44,275 bases of DNA from Promethearchaeota archaeon (GCA_048938385.1 JBHLMG010000021.1:1-44275); one strand, 5' to 3'; positions 1 through 8,609 are shown, counted from the stretch's first letter. The notes: generated by a model not told the origin, from the sequence alone. Translations and numbers: made by a program.

Positions 1-510
1 AACTTTCCCTCACGGTACTAGTGCACTATCGGTCTTGGGACGTATTTAGGGTTGGGAATCGATGCTTCCCAGCTTCCCACGGGATTTCCGACCCATGGTA
101 CTCAGGGACTCCAGCCCAAGCCTGTTGTGTTACGCCTACGGGGCTATCACCCTCTATGGCGAAACTTCCCAGGATCCTTCGGCTTCGACAACGAGGCAGC
201 GGCCGGGCCCTGCAACACCACATCTCCGCGTGGTTTCTCACACGGATTCAGTTTGCCCTTTTCCCTTTTCGCTCGCCGTTACTCAGGGAATCTCATTTGA
301 TTTCTTTTCCAGCCCCTACTAAGATGTTTCAGTTCGGGGCGTTCCCACTCCTCGAAAGGAGCGGCGCACATTATTAGCGTACGCCAGGAAGTCCTATTCG
401 GCGATCTGCGGATAAGGCTACATGCACCACCCCGCAGCTTATCGCAGCTTGTCACGGCCTTCGTCGGCGCCCAAGCCTAGTCATCCACCAAGTGGCGTTG
501 TTGTGTTGGC
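1..510 (-). rRNA. rrl: 23S rRNA, 5' portion (runs off the window start)
   Basis: Reverse complement reads ...GCCACUUGGUGGAUGACUAGGCUUGGGCGCCGACGAAGGCCGUGACAAGCUGCGAUAAGC..., the archaeal 23S 5' end, and ends in GACCGAUAGUGCACUAGUACCGUGAGGGAAAGUU, conserved domain I. The 5' boundary is approximate. Confidence 0.97.
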
Positions 511-678
511 ACTACTTGGAACCCACACTGATTCTGACTGGCGTTATCCAGGGTATGCGACCTATGCATAGCCATCATCGTGAAGACCAAGGAGAGGACG
601 GGTCCTCCTAGGCTCGACACCCATATGCACGGCACATGGGCTGAAAGTGTTGGTAAAAAGGAGGGACGCACATTGAGC

Positions 679-694
679 TACTTAAGGCTTTCGC
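679..694 (-). promoter_or_regulatory. BRE-TATA promoter for 23S rRNA (proximal)
   Basis: Minus strand reads GCGAAAGCCTTAAGTA (purine-rich BRE plus CTTAAG TATA), about 170 nt upstream of the 23S 5' end. The same motif precedes other genes in the window. Confidence 0.7.
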
Positions 695-746
695 AGCCTT
701 TGGTTGCTCTTCACGGCTCCAGTCTTCGCTTTCGGGTAATCGTGCT

Positions 747-761
747 AAATTAAGGTTTCGG
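747..761 (-). promoter_or_regulatory. Second BRE-TATA promoter for 23S rRNA
   Basis: Minus strand reads CCGAAACCTTAATTT. Tandem promoters are common for archaeal rRNA genes. Confidence 0.5.
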
Positions 762-864
762 TTCTCGCTAGACCCGAAGGCTACTTAGCCTCGATCTAGG
801 GAGTATTGAGTACCGACACCTTTCCTTTTTAAAAGTTGTAAGTGCTGGGATGTGAAGGATCGAC

Positions 865-1968
865 ATGATTTCCACAGAACGAAAACGTGCACGGGACCTT
901 GGGCTCGTTATCGGATCGCTGCCTCCTGGACCACAGAATGCCATTTCAGATGTGCCGGGGGTGCGAGTGGGACACGCCACGCTCATTCAAGGAGACGGCC
1001 CTCTGATACCGGGAAAGGGACCTGTCCGTACCGGCGTCACGGCGATTTTGCCCCATGATGAGAACCTCTATACGCAGCCTGTAGTGGGAACGGTGCACGT
1101 GATTAACGGGTTTGGGAAAGCGGTGGGGCTTGCCCAGCTCCTGGAACTGGGACGCATTGAAACTCCGATTCTCCTCACCAGTACCTTGAATGTGGGCTTG
1201 GTGGAAGATGCGGTGACCCAGTACATGGTTGAGCAGAATCCTCAAGCAGGTATCACCGGTCCCACTCCAAATGCGGTGGTAGCCGAGTGCCATGACGGCT
1301 ACCTCAACGATGCGCAAGGAAGGCATGTCCGGAAACCTCATGTTTATGCCGCCATCCAGTCAGCTTCCCCTACCGTTGAGGAAGGGTGTGTCGGGGCCGG
1401 AACCGGTCTGATGGCCTTTGGATATAAAAGCGGGATTGGCACCGCGTCACGCATTCTACCCAAGACATTAGGCGCGTTCGTCATAGGCTGCTTGGCTATC
1501 CCTAACTTCGGTCGGCGAGGAGATTTGATTCTCAATGGCATTCCCAGTAGCCAGATCTTCGATTCATTAAACACCCAAACTCCAGATCCTACATTGCGAC
1601 CTGAAGGAGGGTCCATTGTTGTCGTGTTGGCTACAAATGCGCCCTTGACATCACGCCAATTATTACGCTTAGCACGGCGTGCGGTCATTGGAATAGGACG
1701 AACCGGGAGCGTGGTATCCCATGGGAGCGGGGACTTCGTCATTGCGTTTAGTACCGCATTTCGTGACTCAACTACTAACGAGGAGCTGCTGGTTCAGCGA
1801 ATGCAGATACGAGAATCCAAACTCACTGCCTTCTTTGGAGCGGTGGTTGAGGTCACAGAAGAAGCAATCCTAAATGGGCTTACAATGGCTGTTCCTATGA
1901 TTGGCCGAGATAACCATGAAGTAGATGCAGTGCCTAGCGAACGGATCGCCCGGTTCTTTGAGCGTTAA
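865..1968 (+). CDS. dmpA: DmpA-like L-aminopeptidase/D-esterase (peptidase family P1/S58)
   Basis: N-terminal GPQNAISDVPGVRVGH and RTGVTAILP; autocleavage G|S in EGGSIVVVLATNAPL; HGSGDFVIAFST. Confidence 0.92.
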   Translation: MISTERKRARDLGLVIGSLPPGPQNAISDVPGVRVGHATLIQGDGPLIPGKGPVRTGVTAILPHDENLYTQPVVGTVHVINGFGKAVGLAQLLELGRIETPILLTSTLNVGLVEDAVTQYMVEQNPQAGITGPTPNAVVAECHDGYLNDAQGRHVRKPHVYAAIQSASPTVEEGCVGAGTGLMAFGYKSGIGTASRILPKTLGAFVIGCLAIPNFGRRGDLILNGIPSSQIFDSLNTQTPDPTLRPEGGSIVVVLATNAPLTSRQLLRLARRAVIGIGRTGSVVSHGSGDFVIAFSTAFRDSTTNEELLVQRMQIRESKLTAFFGAVVEVTEEAILNGLTMAVPMIGRDNHEVDAVPSERIARFFER

Positions 1969-2056
1969 GAGAGGAGCCTTCTACAAAGTGTGAACTGTTG
2001 TACTCAGTAGATTGGGATTGGGGCTGTTCCACTTGATGCTTCATATATAATTTTTC

Positions 2057-2068
2057 GTAGAAATCTAC
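2057..2068. promoter_or_regulatory. Inverted repeat GTAGA-AA-TCTAC upstream of phoU (possible operator)
   Basis: Perfect 5-bp inverted repeat next to an AT-rich TATATAA element (2043-2050), about 55 nt before the phoU ATG. Confidence 0.35.
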
Positions 2069-2122
2069 ATAAACTGGGGAGATTCTATAACCGAGAGAGC
2101 ATTTTGCGAGGATCGGTGTTCT

Positions 2123-3151
2123 ATGTCGTCGGAAACTCGAAAAGTACAGGTTACTGGTGGCAGTAAGGAGGATGGAACCTACATAGTCTCACTTCCCAAG
2201 AATTGGGCAAAGACTGCAGGGTTGAAACCTAAGAGCGAGATACAGCTTGTGCCCTTAGACCGATACTCGCTTTTGCTGTACACCTCTGCCTCACCAGAGG
2301 CGGCGAGGCTTTCTGAAAGTATTGTTGAGACCGCCAAGGGTGCCCTGACTGAAGATGTTGTACGGAATTTTATCACTCAGTATCTTGCAGGGTTTGATAT
2401 TATTCACCTAGATTTGAAACAGATGGATGCCGAACGGCGGGTGGCGTTGAAGGAGTCGATCCGGCGATTTTTGATTGGAGCAGAAATCATCTCGGAAACG
2501 ACTGATAAGATCGTAGTGCAGTGTTTTTTAGGGCAAGCGAATTTGCCATTGTTAAACGCCTTAGAACGAATGGAGGCACTGGTATGTTCCATGCAACAAG
2601 ATGCCGTGGTTGCCTTGTTAGAGAGAAATATGCGGTTAGCTGAAGATGTGGTGCAACGCGACCTTGAAGTCGACCGGTTCTATTTTTACATTGTTCGACA
2701 ATTAACTGCAGCTGTTGGTCGGACGGACCGGATTCACCAGCTTGGTTTATCAAGCCCGCAAGCGTGTTTGGGGTATCGGTTAGTCGTAAAGAGCATTGAA
2801 CGAGCTGGTGACCACGCTTCCCGATTAGCTGCAATTGCTGCAGTAACAAAGCTCCCTGAGGGTTCTCCCCTGGCGAGTATATTTACGAAGATGCATCAGC
2901 TCTCTGACACTGTGTTCAAAGATTCGTTGAAAACACTACGCGCCCTTGATGTGTCTTTAGCCCACGAGACTATTCGCCGTGTTGAAAAAGTTGTGCAACT
3001 TGAAGACAAAGGAATCCGGAACTTGCTAAGTGGGAAATATCCTGTCGAATCCGTACTCAATCTTCGGTTAGCCTTAGAGAGCCTACGACGAATTTCCGAA
3101 TATGGCGCTGACATCGCTGAGACATCAATAAATTTGTCCGTCGAGCGGTAA
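2123..3151 (+). CDS. phoU: Archaeal phosphate uptake regulator PhoU with N-terminal AbrB/MazE-like DNA-binding domain
   Basis: RKVQVTGG..TYIVSLPKNW (AbrB-like); PhoU repeats RDLEVDRFY, IERAGDHA, LRRISEYGADIAE. Confidence 0.9.
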   Translation: MSSETRKVQVTGGSKEDGTYIVSLPKNWAKTAGLKPKSEIQLVPLDRYSLLLYTSASPEAARLSESIVETAKGALTEDVVRNFITQYLAGFDIIHLDLKQMDAERRVALKESIRRFLIGAEIISETTDKIVVQCFLGQANLPLLNALERMEALVCSMQQDAVVALLERNMRLAEDVVQRDLEVDRFYFYIVRQLTAAVGRTDRIHQLGLSSPQACLGYRLVVKSIERAGDHASRLAAIAAVTKLPEGSPLASIFTKMHQLSDTVFKDSLKTLRALDVSLAHETIRRVEKVVQLEDKGIRNLLSGKYPVESVLNLRLALESLRRISEYGADIAETSINLSVER

Positions 3152-3164
3152 GGCGTACCAAGTT

Positions 3165-3698
3165 TTATAGATCGAATTGGGCTCCGCAATATGCACAGAA
3201 GCGCGCATCTTCATCATTTTCTGTTTTGCAGTGGGGGCAAATTAGAGTGGTAGAAGTAGCATCTGTGTCTTCGAAGATGTCTTCTAAAATGGAGGTTTCA
3301 GTGAGCTGAATTTCATTGACAGCCTTTGCTGAAGTGTAAATTGGCGTCCAAAGAATTCGTTTGTTATCTTGGACGCCGTGTACTGGACAGTTCAGTAGCA
3401 CCACGGTGAAATGGCCTTTAGTTGCAGCCTTCTTTGGTTGGGCAGGTTCTCCACAAATGTTGCAGCGGAAAAGCCGATCACTTACTGCGCCTATCCATTC
3501 AGTGAGACGGTTGTAAGGAAGAAATAGACGACGAACGCGTCGATGGATTGGGCACCGGACATACGCGGCTAAGGGCTGTAATTCTTTCTGTTTAGAAACA
3601 GGAACTTCATCAGCTTTCAGAAGAATGTAGGGACGCCCACAAGCGCAAGTTAGAGCACCTTTCCAGGCTACTTCGCTTTCAGAGTTTTCAGTGGAAAT
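3165..3698 (-). CDS. Multi-zinc-finger/zinc-ribbon protein, about 177 aa, probable non-canonical ATT start
   Basis: The track ORF 3165..3404 stays open upstream to a TAA at 3738-3740 and adds CACG..CPIH and CNIC..CPVH pairs before the C-terminal CPHC..CAYC ribbon. There is no upstream in-frame ATG/GTG/TTG. SD AAGGAGGA lies 7 nt before ATT(3698). Confidence 0.75.
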   Translation of the reverse strand: MSTENSESEVAWKGALTCACGRPYILLKADEVPVSKQKELQPLAAYVRCPIHRRVRRLFLPYNRLTEWIGAVSDRLFRCNICGEPAQPKKAATKGHFTVVLLNCPVHGVQDNKRILWTPIYTSAKAVNEIQLTETSILEDIFEDTDATSTTLICPHCKTENDEDARFCAYCGAQFDL

Positions 3699-3734
3699 GA
3701 TATAGTCCTCCTTGCTAACCCCGACGAGTGGAGA

Positions 3735-3747
3735 TACTTAAGGTTTG
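3735..3747 (-). promoter_or_regulatory. BRE-TATA promoter of the zinc-finger gene
   Basis: Minus strand reads CAAACCTTAAGTA, the same motif as the rRNA promoter, placed to start transcription just before the SD at 3706-3713. Confidence 0.6.
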
Positions 3748-3819
3748 GTGACTTGACCTACATAGTACTAAATCAAGCATATAGCTCCTCAGAGATGGCA
3801 TTTTGGGTACAAGAGCTAC

Positions 3820-4398
3820 TTAGGTGGTAAAGCTAGTTTTTTTACTTGAAGAAGTAAGAGCTTTACTAAGAACTTGCCGTGAAAGGCTTGTAAAAGCCTT
3901 CTCGACATTTTTTCCGGTTAGTGAAGATGTTTCAAAAAAGTAGGCGTTCAGTCGTCGAGCAAGCCGGTCTCCGGAGGTAGTGCTCACGACGCGTTGATCT
4001 ACCAAGTCCACTTTAGTTGCCCATATGGTGGGTATGTAATCCTCGATTACTTCAGTGACTTCTGGTATCCAGCGTTTTTCAATGGCGCGAAAGGTTTCTG
4101 GTCGGGTGACATCAAAGGCGTAGATTACTCCTTGGGCTCCTTTGTAGTAGCGTTTTCGAAGGTGGCTAAAGCGTTCCTGGCCTCCTGTGTCCCACATCAT
4201 TAATTCGACAAAAAAGCCGTCAATTACGGCTTCTTTTGTTACGATGTTGACAGCGATTGTGGTGAGGTAATCGTTGGTGAAGGTATTGGTGGAATAGCGC
4301 TTTATTAGCGAGGTTTTTCCGACTGCCCAGTCGCCACAGACTATGATTTTAAACCGGAACTTTTCTTGATTGCCTGTACTCAAAATGGTCCCCGCCAA
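3820..4398 (-). CDS. Rab-like small GTPase (Ras superfamily)
   Basis: G1 GDWAVGKT, G3 WDTGGQERF, YYKGA, G4 variant TKVD, G5 ETSS; no C-terminal Cys for prenylation. Confidence 0.93.
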   Translation of the reverse strand: MAGTILSTGNQEKFRFKIIVCGDWAVGKTSLIKRYSTNTFTNDYLTTIAVNIVTKEAVIDGFFVELMMWDTGGQERFSHLRKRYYKGAQGVIYAFDVTRPETFRAIEKRWIPEVTEVIEDYIPTIWATKVDLVDQRVVSTTSGDRLARRLNAYFFETSSLTGKNVEKAFTSLSRQVLSKALTSSSKKTSFTT

Positions 4399-4464
4399 GG
4401 CTATTTTCTTAACAGGAGCTTTAAAGCTGTCGTCAATAGTGAAGTGGATGGTTACACCTAAAGA

Positions 4465-5136
4465 TTACGAGACTGGATGTTGAGTGGCAGCATACGGGCA
4501 GAGCGTTTTAAGAGGGCAAGTATGGCATTTGGGGTTTCGGGCTGTGCACCGTGTGCGGCCATGAGCAATGAAAAGTTGGTTAACTCGATTCCACTGCTTT
4601 CGGGGTAGTATAACCATTAGGTCTTGCTCTACTTGGTTGGGGGTTTTCCCGTTACTGAGACCAAGGCGTTTAGATATTCGGAACACATGGGTGTCAACGG
4701 CAATCCCTTCAACGATGCCAAATGCGCGATGGAGCACTATGTTAGCAGTTTTTCGTCCCACTCCGGGTAATCGAACAAGTTCCTCCATAGTGCGAGGGAC
4801 TTCTCCGTTGAATTCTTCAATGATTACTTGACACGCCTTTTGTAGATGTCTAGTTTTTTGCCGATAGTACCCCACCTGGAAAATGTCTTGTTGAAGTTGT
4901 AGTGGATCTGCAAGGACATAATCTTCGGGGGTTCGATATTTTTGGAACAAGTTAGTTGTAACTCGGTTAACTTGAACATCTGTAGACTGAGCAGAGAGTA
5001 TGGTGGCAACTAAATATTGCAGGGGACTTCGGGCTTTCAACATCAAAGGTTTTTGAGGATAATGATGCTCAAGCAAGTCTATGATTTGGCTAATTCGTGT
5101 CCGATCAGGAGTTTTTGTCACTGTCCTTACCATCAA
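4465..5136 (-). CDS. nth: Endonuclease III (HhH-GPD DNA glycosylase/AP lyase)
   Basis: ILSAQSTD, HhH LPGVGRKTAN, VDTHV, 4Fe-4S C-x6-C-x2-C-x5-C. Confidence 0.97.
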   Translation of the reverse strand: MMVRTVTKTPDRTRISQIIDLLEHHYPQKPLMLKARSPLQYLVATILSAQSTDVQVNRVTTNLFQKYRTPEDYVLADPLQLQQDIFQVGYYRQKTRHLQKACQVIIEEFNGEVPRTMEELVRLPGVGRKTANIVLHRAFGIVEGIAVDTHVFRISKRLGLSNGKTPNQVEQDLMVILPRKQWNRVNQLFIAHGRTRCTARNPKCHTCPLKTLCPYAATQHPVS

Positions 5137-5244
5137 TGATATTCTGTGATGAGTAAATTCAATTTTTTCTTTTACCTACTGTGTCCACTTGGGTGAGAGG
5201 GGACAGACAAAAACAGTCATATATCACGCAGCAGAAAAACCGAT

Positions 5245-5638
5245 TGTGGCCCAGAGATGAAGGACGGCTGCCGGTAGTTCCCTCGGGAACAGCTGAGGAA
5301 GCTCCAACCTCCCATTAGGCAGCGGTACGGCGCGAGTCGTAGAATGAGAATTCTGCTCTGGGAACAGCAACGACACGACCAATGTTGATATGACGATGAT
5401 GCAGTCGAGGGTTATCCTTAACCCGAGCAACATGTTGGTGACAATATGTTTGATAACCTGCTGAGGACAGCGTTGGAACCGATGAAACGGCCTATCACCG
5501 TGGGAGCAAGCCCAAATAGGTCGCTAATGAGGCGCCTTCTGAAGCGACGGGTAGGGTGCTTAGCTAGATGCCGTCAAGCCGCTCGAGGCAACTTGTGTGG
5601 CTGAACAAAAGATGGGCTACTCTTATCACTGGGCCACA
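5245..5638 (+). ncRNA. rnpB: RNase P RNA (archaeal, likely type A)
   Basis: P1 TGTGGCCCAG/CTGGGCCACA; CR-I GAGGAAGCTCC; CR-V AACAAAAGATGGGCTACT; P8-like TACGGC-GCGA-GTCGTA and P9-like GAAT-GAGA-ATTC hairpins; K-turn-like GATGA../CTGA pairs; followed by a T-tract. Confidence 0.93.
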
Positions 5639-5640
5639 CC

Positions 5641-5649
5641 TTTTTCTTT
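5641..5649 (+). terminator. Oligo-T terminator after RNase P RNA
   Basis: TTTTTCTTT directly after P1. Confidence 0.5.
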
Positions 5650-5663
5650 ACAGGTGAAAAATC

Positions 5664-6182
5664 ATGAACGAACCCCAAGTGTTGGTTCTTCGAGTGCCGG
5701 GATGCGATCCTAAAAAGTGTAGTGCCCTTAAACTTTCACGGCACAATTTGGTTCGACTAATTCGGAGTCCACGGCAAATTCGGGGGCGCCCTGTTATTCT
5801 GAATCCCTTTTCAGCTAAAGCGTTTTCACCTGCTGATCGTATTTACGCAGAAAAATCTGGAATTGTAGTTTTGGATTGTTCATGGAAGGAAGCAGAGGAA
5901 ATGTTTCAAAGGCGTATTCGTGGTGAATCACGATGCCTACCCTACTTGGTGGCAGCGAATCCTGTTAACTACGGTAAGGTTGGGAAATTATGTTCAGCTG
6001 AAGCCGCAGCTAGCGCACTGTTCATTTTAGGTTTTGCTGAGCAAGCGCATGCAATATTAGCACCATTCAAGTGGGGTCCTCATTTCCTTGAATTAAATGC
6101 AGACCCACTTTCTGACTATCAAAGGGCGATTGATAGCAGTGATGTTGTTAGACTGCAACAACAATACTTGGGGCGCCCTTAG
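5664..6182 (+). CDS. tsr3: 16S rRNA aminocarboxypropyltransferase Tsr3
   Basis: CDPKKCS, LDCSW, LPYLVAANPVNYG, FKWGPHFLELN; SD AGGTGA upstream. Confidence 0.95.
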   Translation: MNEPQVLVLRVPGCDPKKCSALKLSRHNLVRLIRSPRQIRGRPVILNPFSAKAFSPADRIYAEKSGIVVLDCSWKEAEEMFQRRIRGESRCLPYLVAANPVNYGKVGKLCSAEAAASALFILGFAEQAHAILAPFKWGPHFLELNADPLSDYQRAIDSSDVVRLQQQYLGRP

Positions 6183-6192
6183 CCAACGGAGT

Positions 6193-7743
6193 TCAGTCCA
6201 TTTCGTTATCTATCGGGATACGAAGGTTGTAAGCGATTGGACTTGCCATCGGATTGGCAAGAATTCTTGGGATGTATTCACCGAGGTCGAGAGCAACCAG
6301 ACCAGGACCTTTATCTTGAACAGCAAGGAGACCAGCGGCTCCATTGACAAAACTGGCAGCACATGCACTATGAAAAGCGTCGACCCCTTGGGCTCGAAAT
6401 CCAGCAACAAGCCCTGCTAGAACATCACCAGTGCCACCAACACTCATGGCTGGATGCCCAGTCCAATTTAACCGCGTTTCATTAGGAGTAGATATGATAT
6501 CCACAGGACCCTTCAAGAGGACGAGGGATTTTAGGGTTTTTGCTAGATCCCGCACTTGCTGTGCGCGTTGTAGTAAGGGAATAGCAGCTTCGAAGCCGGC
6601 TATGCGTTTGAATTCCCCTGCATGCGGTGTGATAATCGCGTTCGCCCCAATGTTCATCACCCGAGATACCACCTTCAATGCGTCCGCGTCAATCACTAAG
6701 GGTTTTTTCATTTTATTTGTGATAGTCAATATTTTCCCAATTGTATCGAGTGTTTCATGGTGACTGCCAAGTCCTGGGCCTATAAGAACTGCCTGAGTAT
6801 CGATTAAGACTTCTTCAATAACCAGAAGATCCTCGTTCACCAGTTTTTCATGTTTAAGGGATACTGGGATTATATCAGGAGATTGGCTAGTAGCCGCTGT
6901 GATTACATGGCGAGGAGCCGCGAGATAGACTAAATCAACACCGCTCCGCAGTGCCCCTATGGATGCTAGAATAGGTGCTCCGATATACTGCGGACTTCCG
7001 CCTATTATCAGTAAACGACCAAAGTCCCCTTTCTTGGTAAAAATCGATCGGGGTTGTATTGCATAAAGTACATCACCCGGACCAACATACAGTTCTGCCT
7101 CAGGTGGTATTCCAATATCAGCTACTACTAGCTTCCCAACTCGTTCCTTGTTTTTCACTAACCCAATTTTTGGTCGGTGAAATGTAATAGTTAGATCAGG
7201 TTGAAAGGCTTCAGCAAGGATTGGTTCGCCTGTATTTGGATGAATGCCCGTTGGAACATCGATTGCAACTTTGAAGCCTTCCATTTGGTTCATCATCTTA
7301 ATAGCCTTCTCAAAGAGTTGGCTGGGTTTGCCTTTAACACCAGTTCCCAATAAGGCATCCACTATTACAGTGGCTCTTACAGTAGGTAACTCCGACGAAT
7401 CCTTGGTGATATGGAGATCGACTGAATGCCGCATTTTCTGGATTATCTGCCAATTAGCGGCAGCTGGAGCATTTTGAATAGTCGTAGGATTCCCCAAGAT
7501 AATCAAGCGTACTTGACGACAGCTAGGAGCGAGGTGACGGGCTGCAACAAAGCCATCACCCCCGTTTCCTCCTAAACCTGCAAAGATAGCAACACTAGGG
7601 AGTTTTTTGAACCGGCGAAGGATTTCTGTGGCTACTGCTCGACCGGCATTTTCCATCAGAAGTAGGCGTGATAGACCCAAATATTGAGCGTTTCTCTCGA
7701 TGACTGACATCTCTTCTGCTGAGAGCGCTTGTGTGGTGGGCAT
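6193..7743 (-). CDS. nnr: Bifunctional NAD(P)H-hydrate epimerase/dehydratase (YjeF)
   Basis: LMENAG, GNGGDG, DALLGTG, DVPTG; C-domain KGDFG, IGPGLG, DADAL, TPHAGEF, GGTGDVLAG. Confidence 0.96.
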   Translation of the reverse strand: MPTTQALSAEEMSVIERNAQYLGLSRLLLMENAGRAVATEILRRFKKLPSVAIFAGLGGNGGDGFVAARHLAPSCRQVRLIILGNPTTIQNAPAAANWQIIQKMRHSVDLHITKDSSELPTVRATVIVDALLGTGVKGKPSQLFEKAIKMMNQMEGFKVAIDVPTGIHPNTGEPILAEAFQPDLTITFHRPKIGLVKNKERVGKLVVADIGIPPEAELYVGPGDVLYAIQPRSIFTKKGDFGRLLIIGGSPQYIGAPILASIGALRSGVDLVYLAAPRHVITAATSQSPDIIPVSLKHEKLVNEDLLVIEEVLIDTQAVLIGPGLGSHHETLDTIGKILTITNKMKKPLVIDADALKVVSRVMNIGANAIITPHAGEFKRIAGFEAAIPLLQRAQQVRDLAKTLKSLVLLKGPVDIISTPNETRLNWTGHPAMSVGGTGDVLAGLVAGFRAQGVDAFHSACAASFVNGAAGLLAVQDKGPGLVALDLGEYIPRILANPMASPIAYNLRIPIDNEMD

Positions 7744-7828
7744 GGTGAATCAGTCCTATTCATTAATGAAGATTGGTGTACGATAAGCCTTTTGACCTGT
7801 TGTGAATAATAGCTAATTGGGGTCAACA

Positions 7829-8059
7829 ATGCCAAAGGCGTATGTACTTATCGTTGCGAAAAAGGGTGTTAAAAAGGAGCAATTGCTCAAACCCTTAATG
7901 GAGATAGAGGAAGTCAAAGAGACCTATCAGGTCCTATGGAATTATGATATCGTTGCAAAAATCATTGTTAAAGATGTAACTCAGCTCAAGCACACGATTT
8001 TTTCCAAGATTCGAGAACTACCTGAAGTAGAGAAAACGGTTACGCTTATTGCGGCTTAG
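7829..8059 (+). CDS. Lrp/AsnC ligand-binding (RAM) domain protein
   Basis: MPKAYVLI...YDIVAKI...KIRELPEVEKTVTLI pattern; ATG 7829 preferred over TTG 7817. Confidence 0.85.
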   Translation: MPKAYVLIVAKKGVKKEQLLKPLMEIEEVKETYQVLWNYDIVAKIIVKDVTQLKHTIFSKIRELPEVEKTVTLIAA

Positions 8060-8079
8060 TAACGCTGAGTAAAGGAAAC

Positions 8080-8364
8080 CTACCGCCGTTGACTCCCCAG
8101 GAGGTACCTTAGTTCATCCAATTCTATATCTCTAGGTGGTAGTACTATGTGTGCACGATAAGGATAACGATGCACCGTTTCTCCAAATTGATCTAGCCAA
8201 AGGAATAATTGGTCATACATTTCCTTTGCCTGTTCAATGGACCCCCATCGTGCCTCTTCGAAGAGATGATCCCATCTCTCAGTGAGCTCCTGAAGGACTT
8301 TTACCCATTCAGGATGCTCGATGAGGCGATAGCCTTCGTTTGTAATTCGGATGACGAGTACCAC
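8080..8364 (-). CDS. Hypothetical protein, 94 aa
   Basis: SD GGAG before GTG, protein-like composition, fills the intergenic gap; no motif recognised. Confidence 0.6.
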   Translation of the reverse strand: MVLVIRITNEGYRLIEHPEWVKVLQELTERWDHLFEEARWGSIEQAKEMYDQLFLWLDQFGETVHRYPYRAHIVLPPRDIELDELRYLLGSQRR

Positions 8365-8469
8365 GCCAATCTCCTACTATGGTCACTAGGATGTAACTCT
8401 GCATCTTTGTTCAAAAGTTTTATAGCAAAGTGCTGTTGACTGAACAGCCAGTAGACTTTGAAGTAAATT

Positions 8470-8609
8470 GGGCTCGTAGCTTAGCTAGTCACACTCGGAC
8501 TTCCGTTGTGGGTAAGGTTAGAGCATCGGGCTTTTAAGGAGGCGTATGAGACGAAGTGCCCTCCAAAGAAACCCGAGGGTCGCGGGTTCAAGTCCCGCCG
8601 AGCCCGCCA
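8470..8609 (+). tRNA. tRNA-Lys(UUU) with two introns (D-loop ~8489-8516; canonical 37/38 at 8537-8570), CCA encoded
   Basis: Acceptor GGGCTCG/CGAGCCC, anticodon stem TCGGG/CCCGA with CT-TTT-AA, T arm GCGGG-TTCAAGT-CCCGC. The 37/38 BHB is perfect (CTTT/AAAG); the D-loop BHB is relaxed. Confidence 0.93.

Noticed and set aside
21-671. Several 64-118 aa ORFs in the track
   Set aside because: They overlap the 23S rRNA and its leader; shadow ORFs.
3165-3404. 79-aa version of the zinc-ribbon ORF
   Set aside because: The GTG start splits a CxxC..CPxH site; the upstream frame, SD and promoter support a longer gene.
4417-4428. Perfect palindrome AGCTTTAAAGCT
   Set aside because: Centred on the likely TATA box of the GTPase gene; adequately explained as a promoter.
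5224-5433. 69-aa minus-strand ORF
   Set aside because: Antisense to the RNase P RNA.
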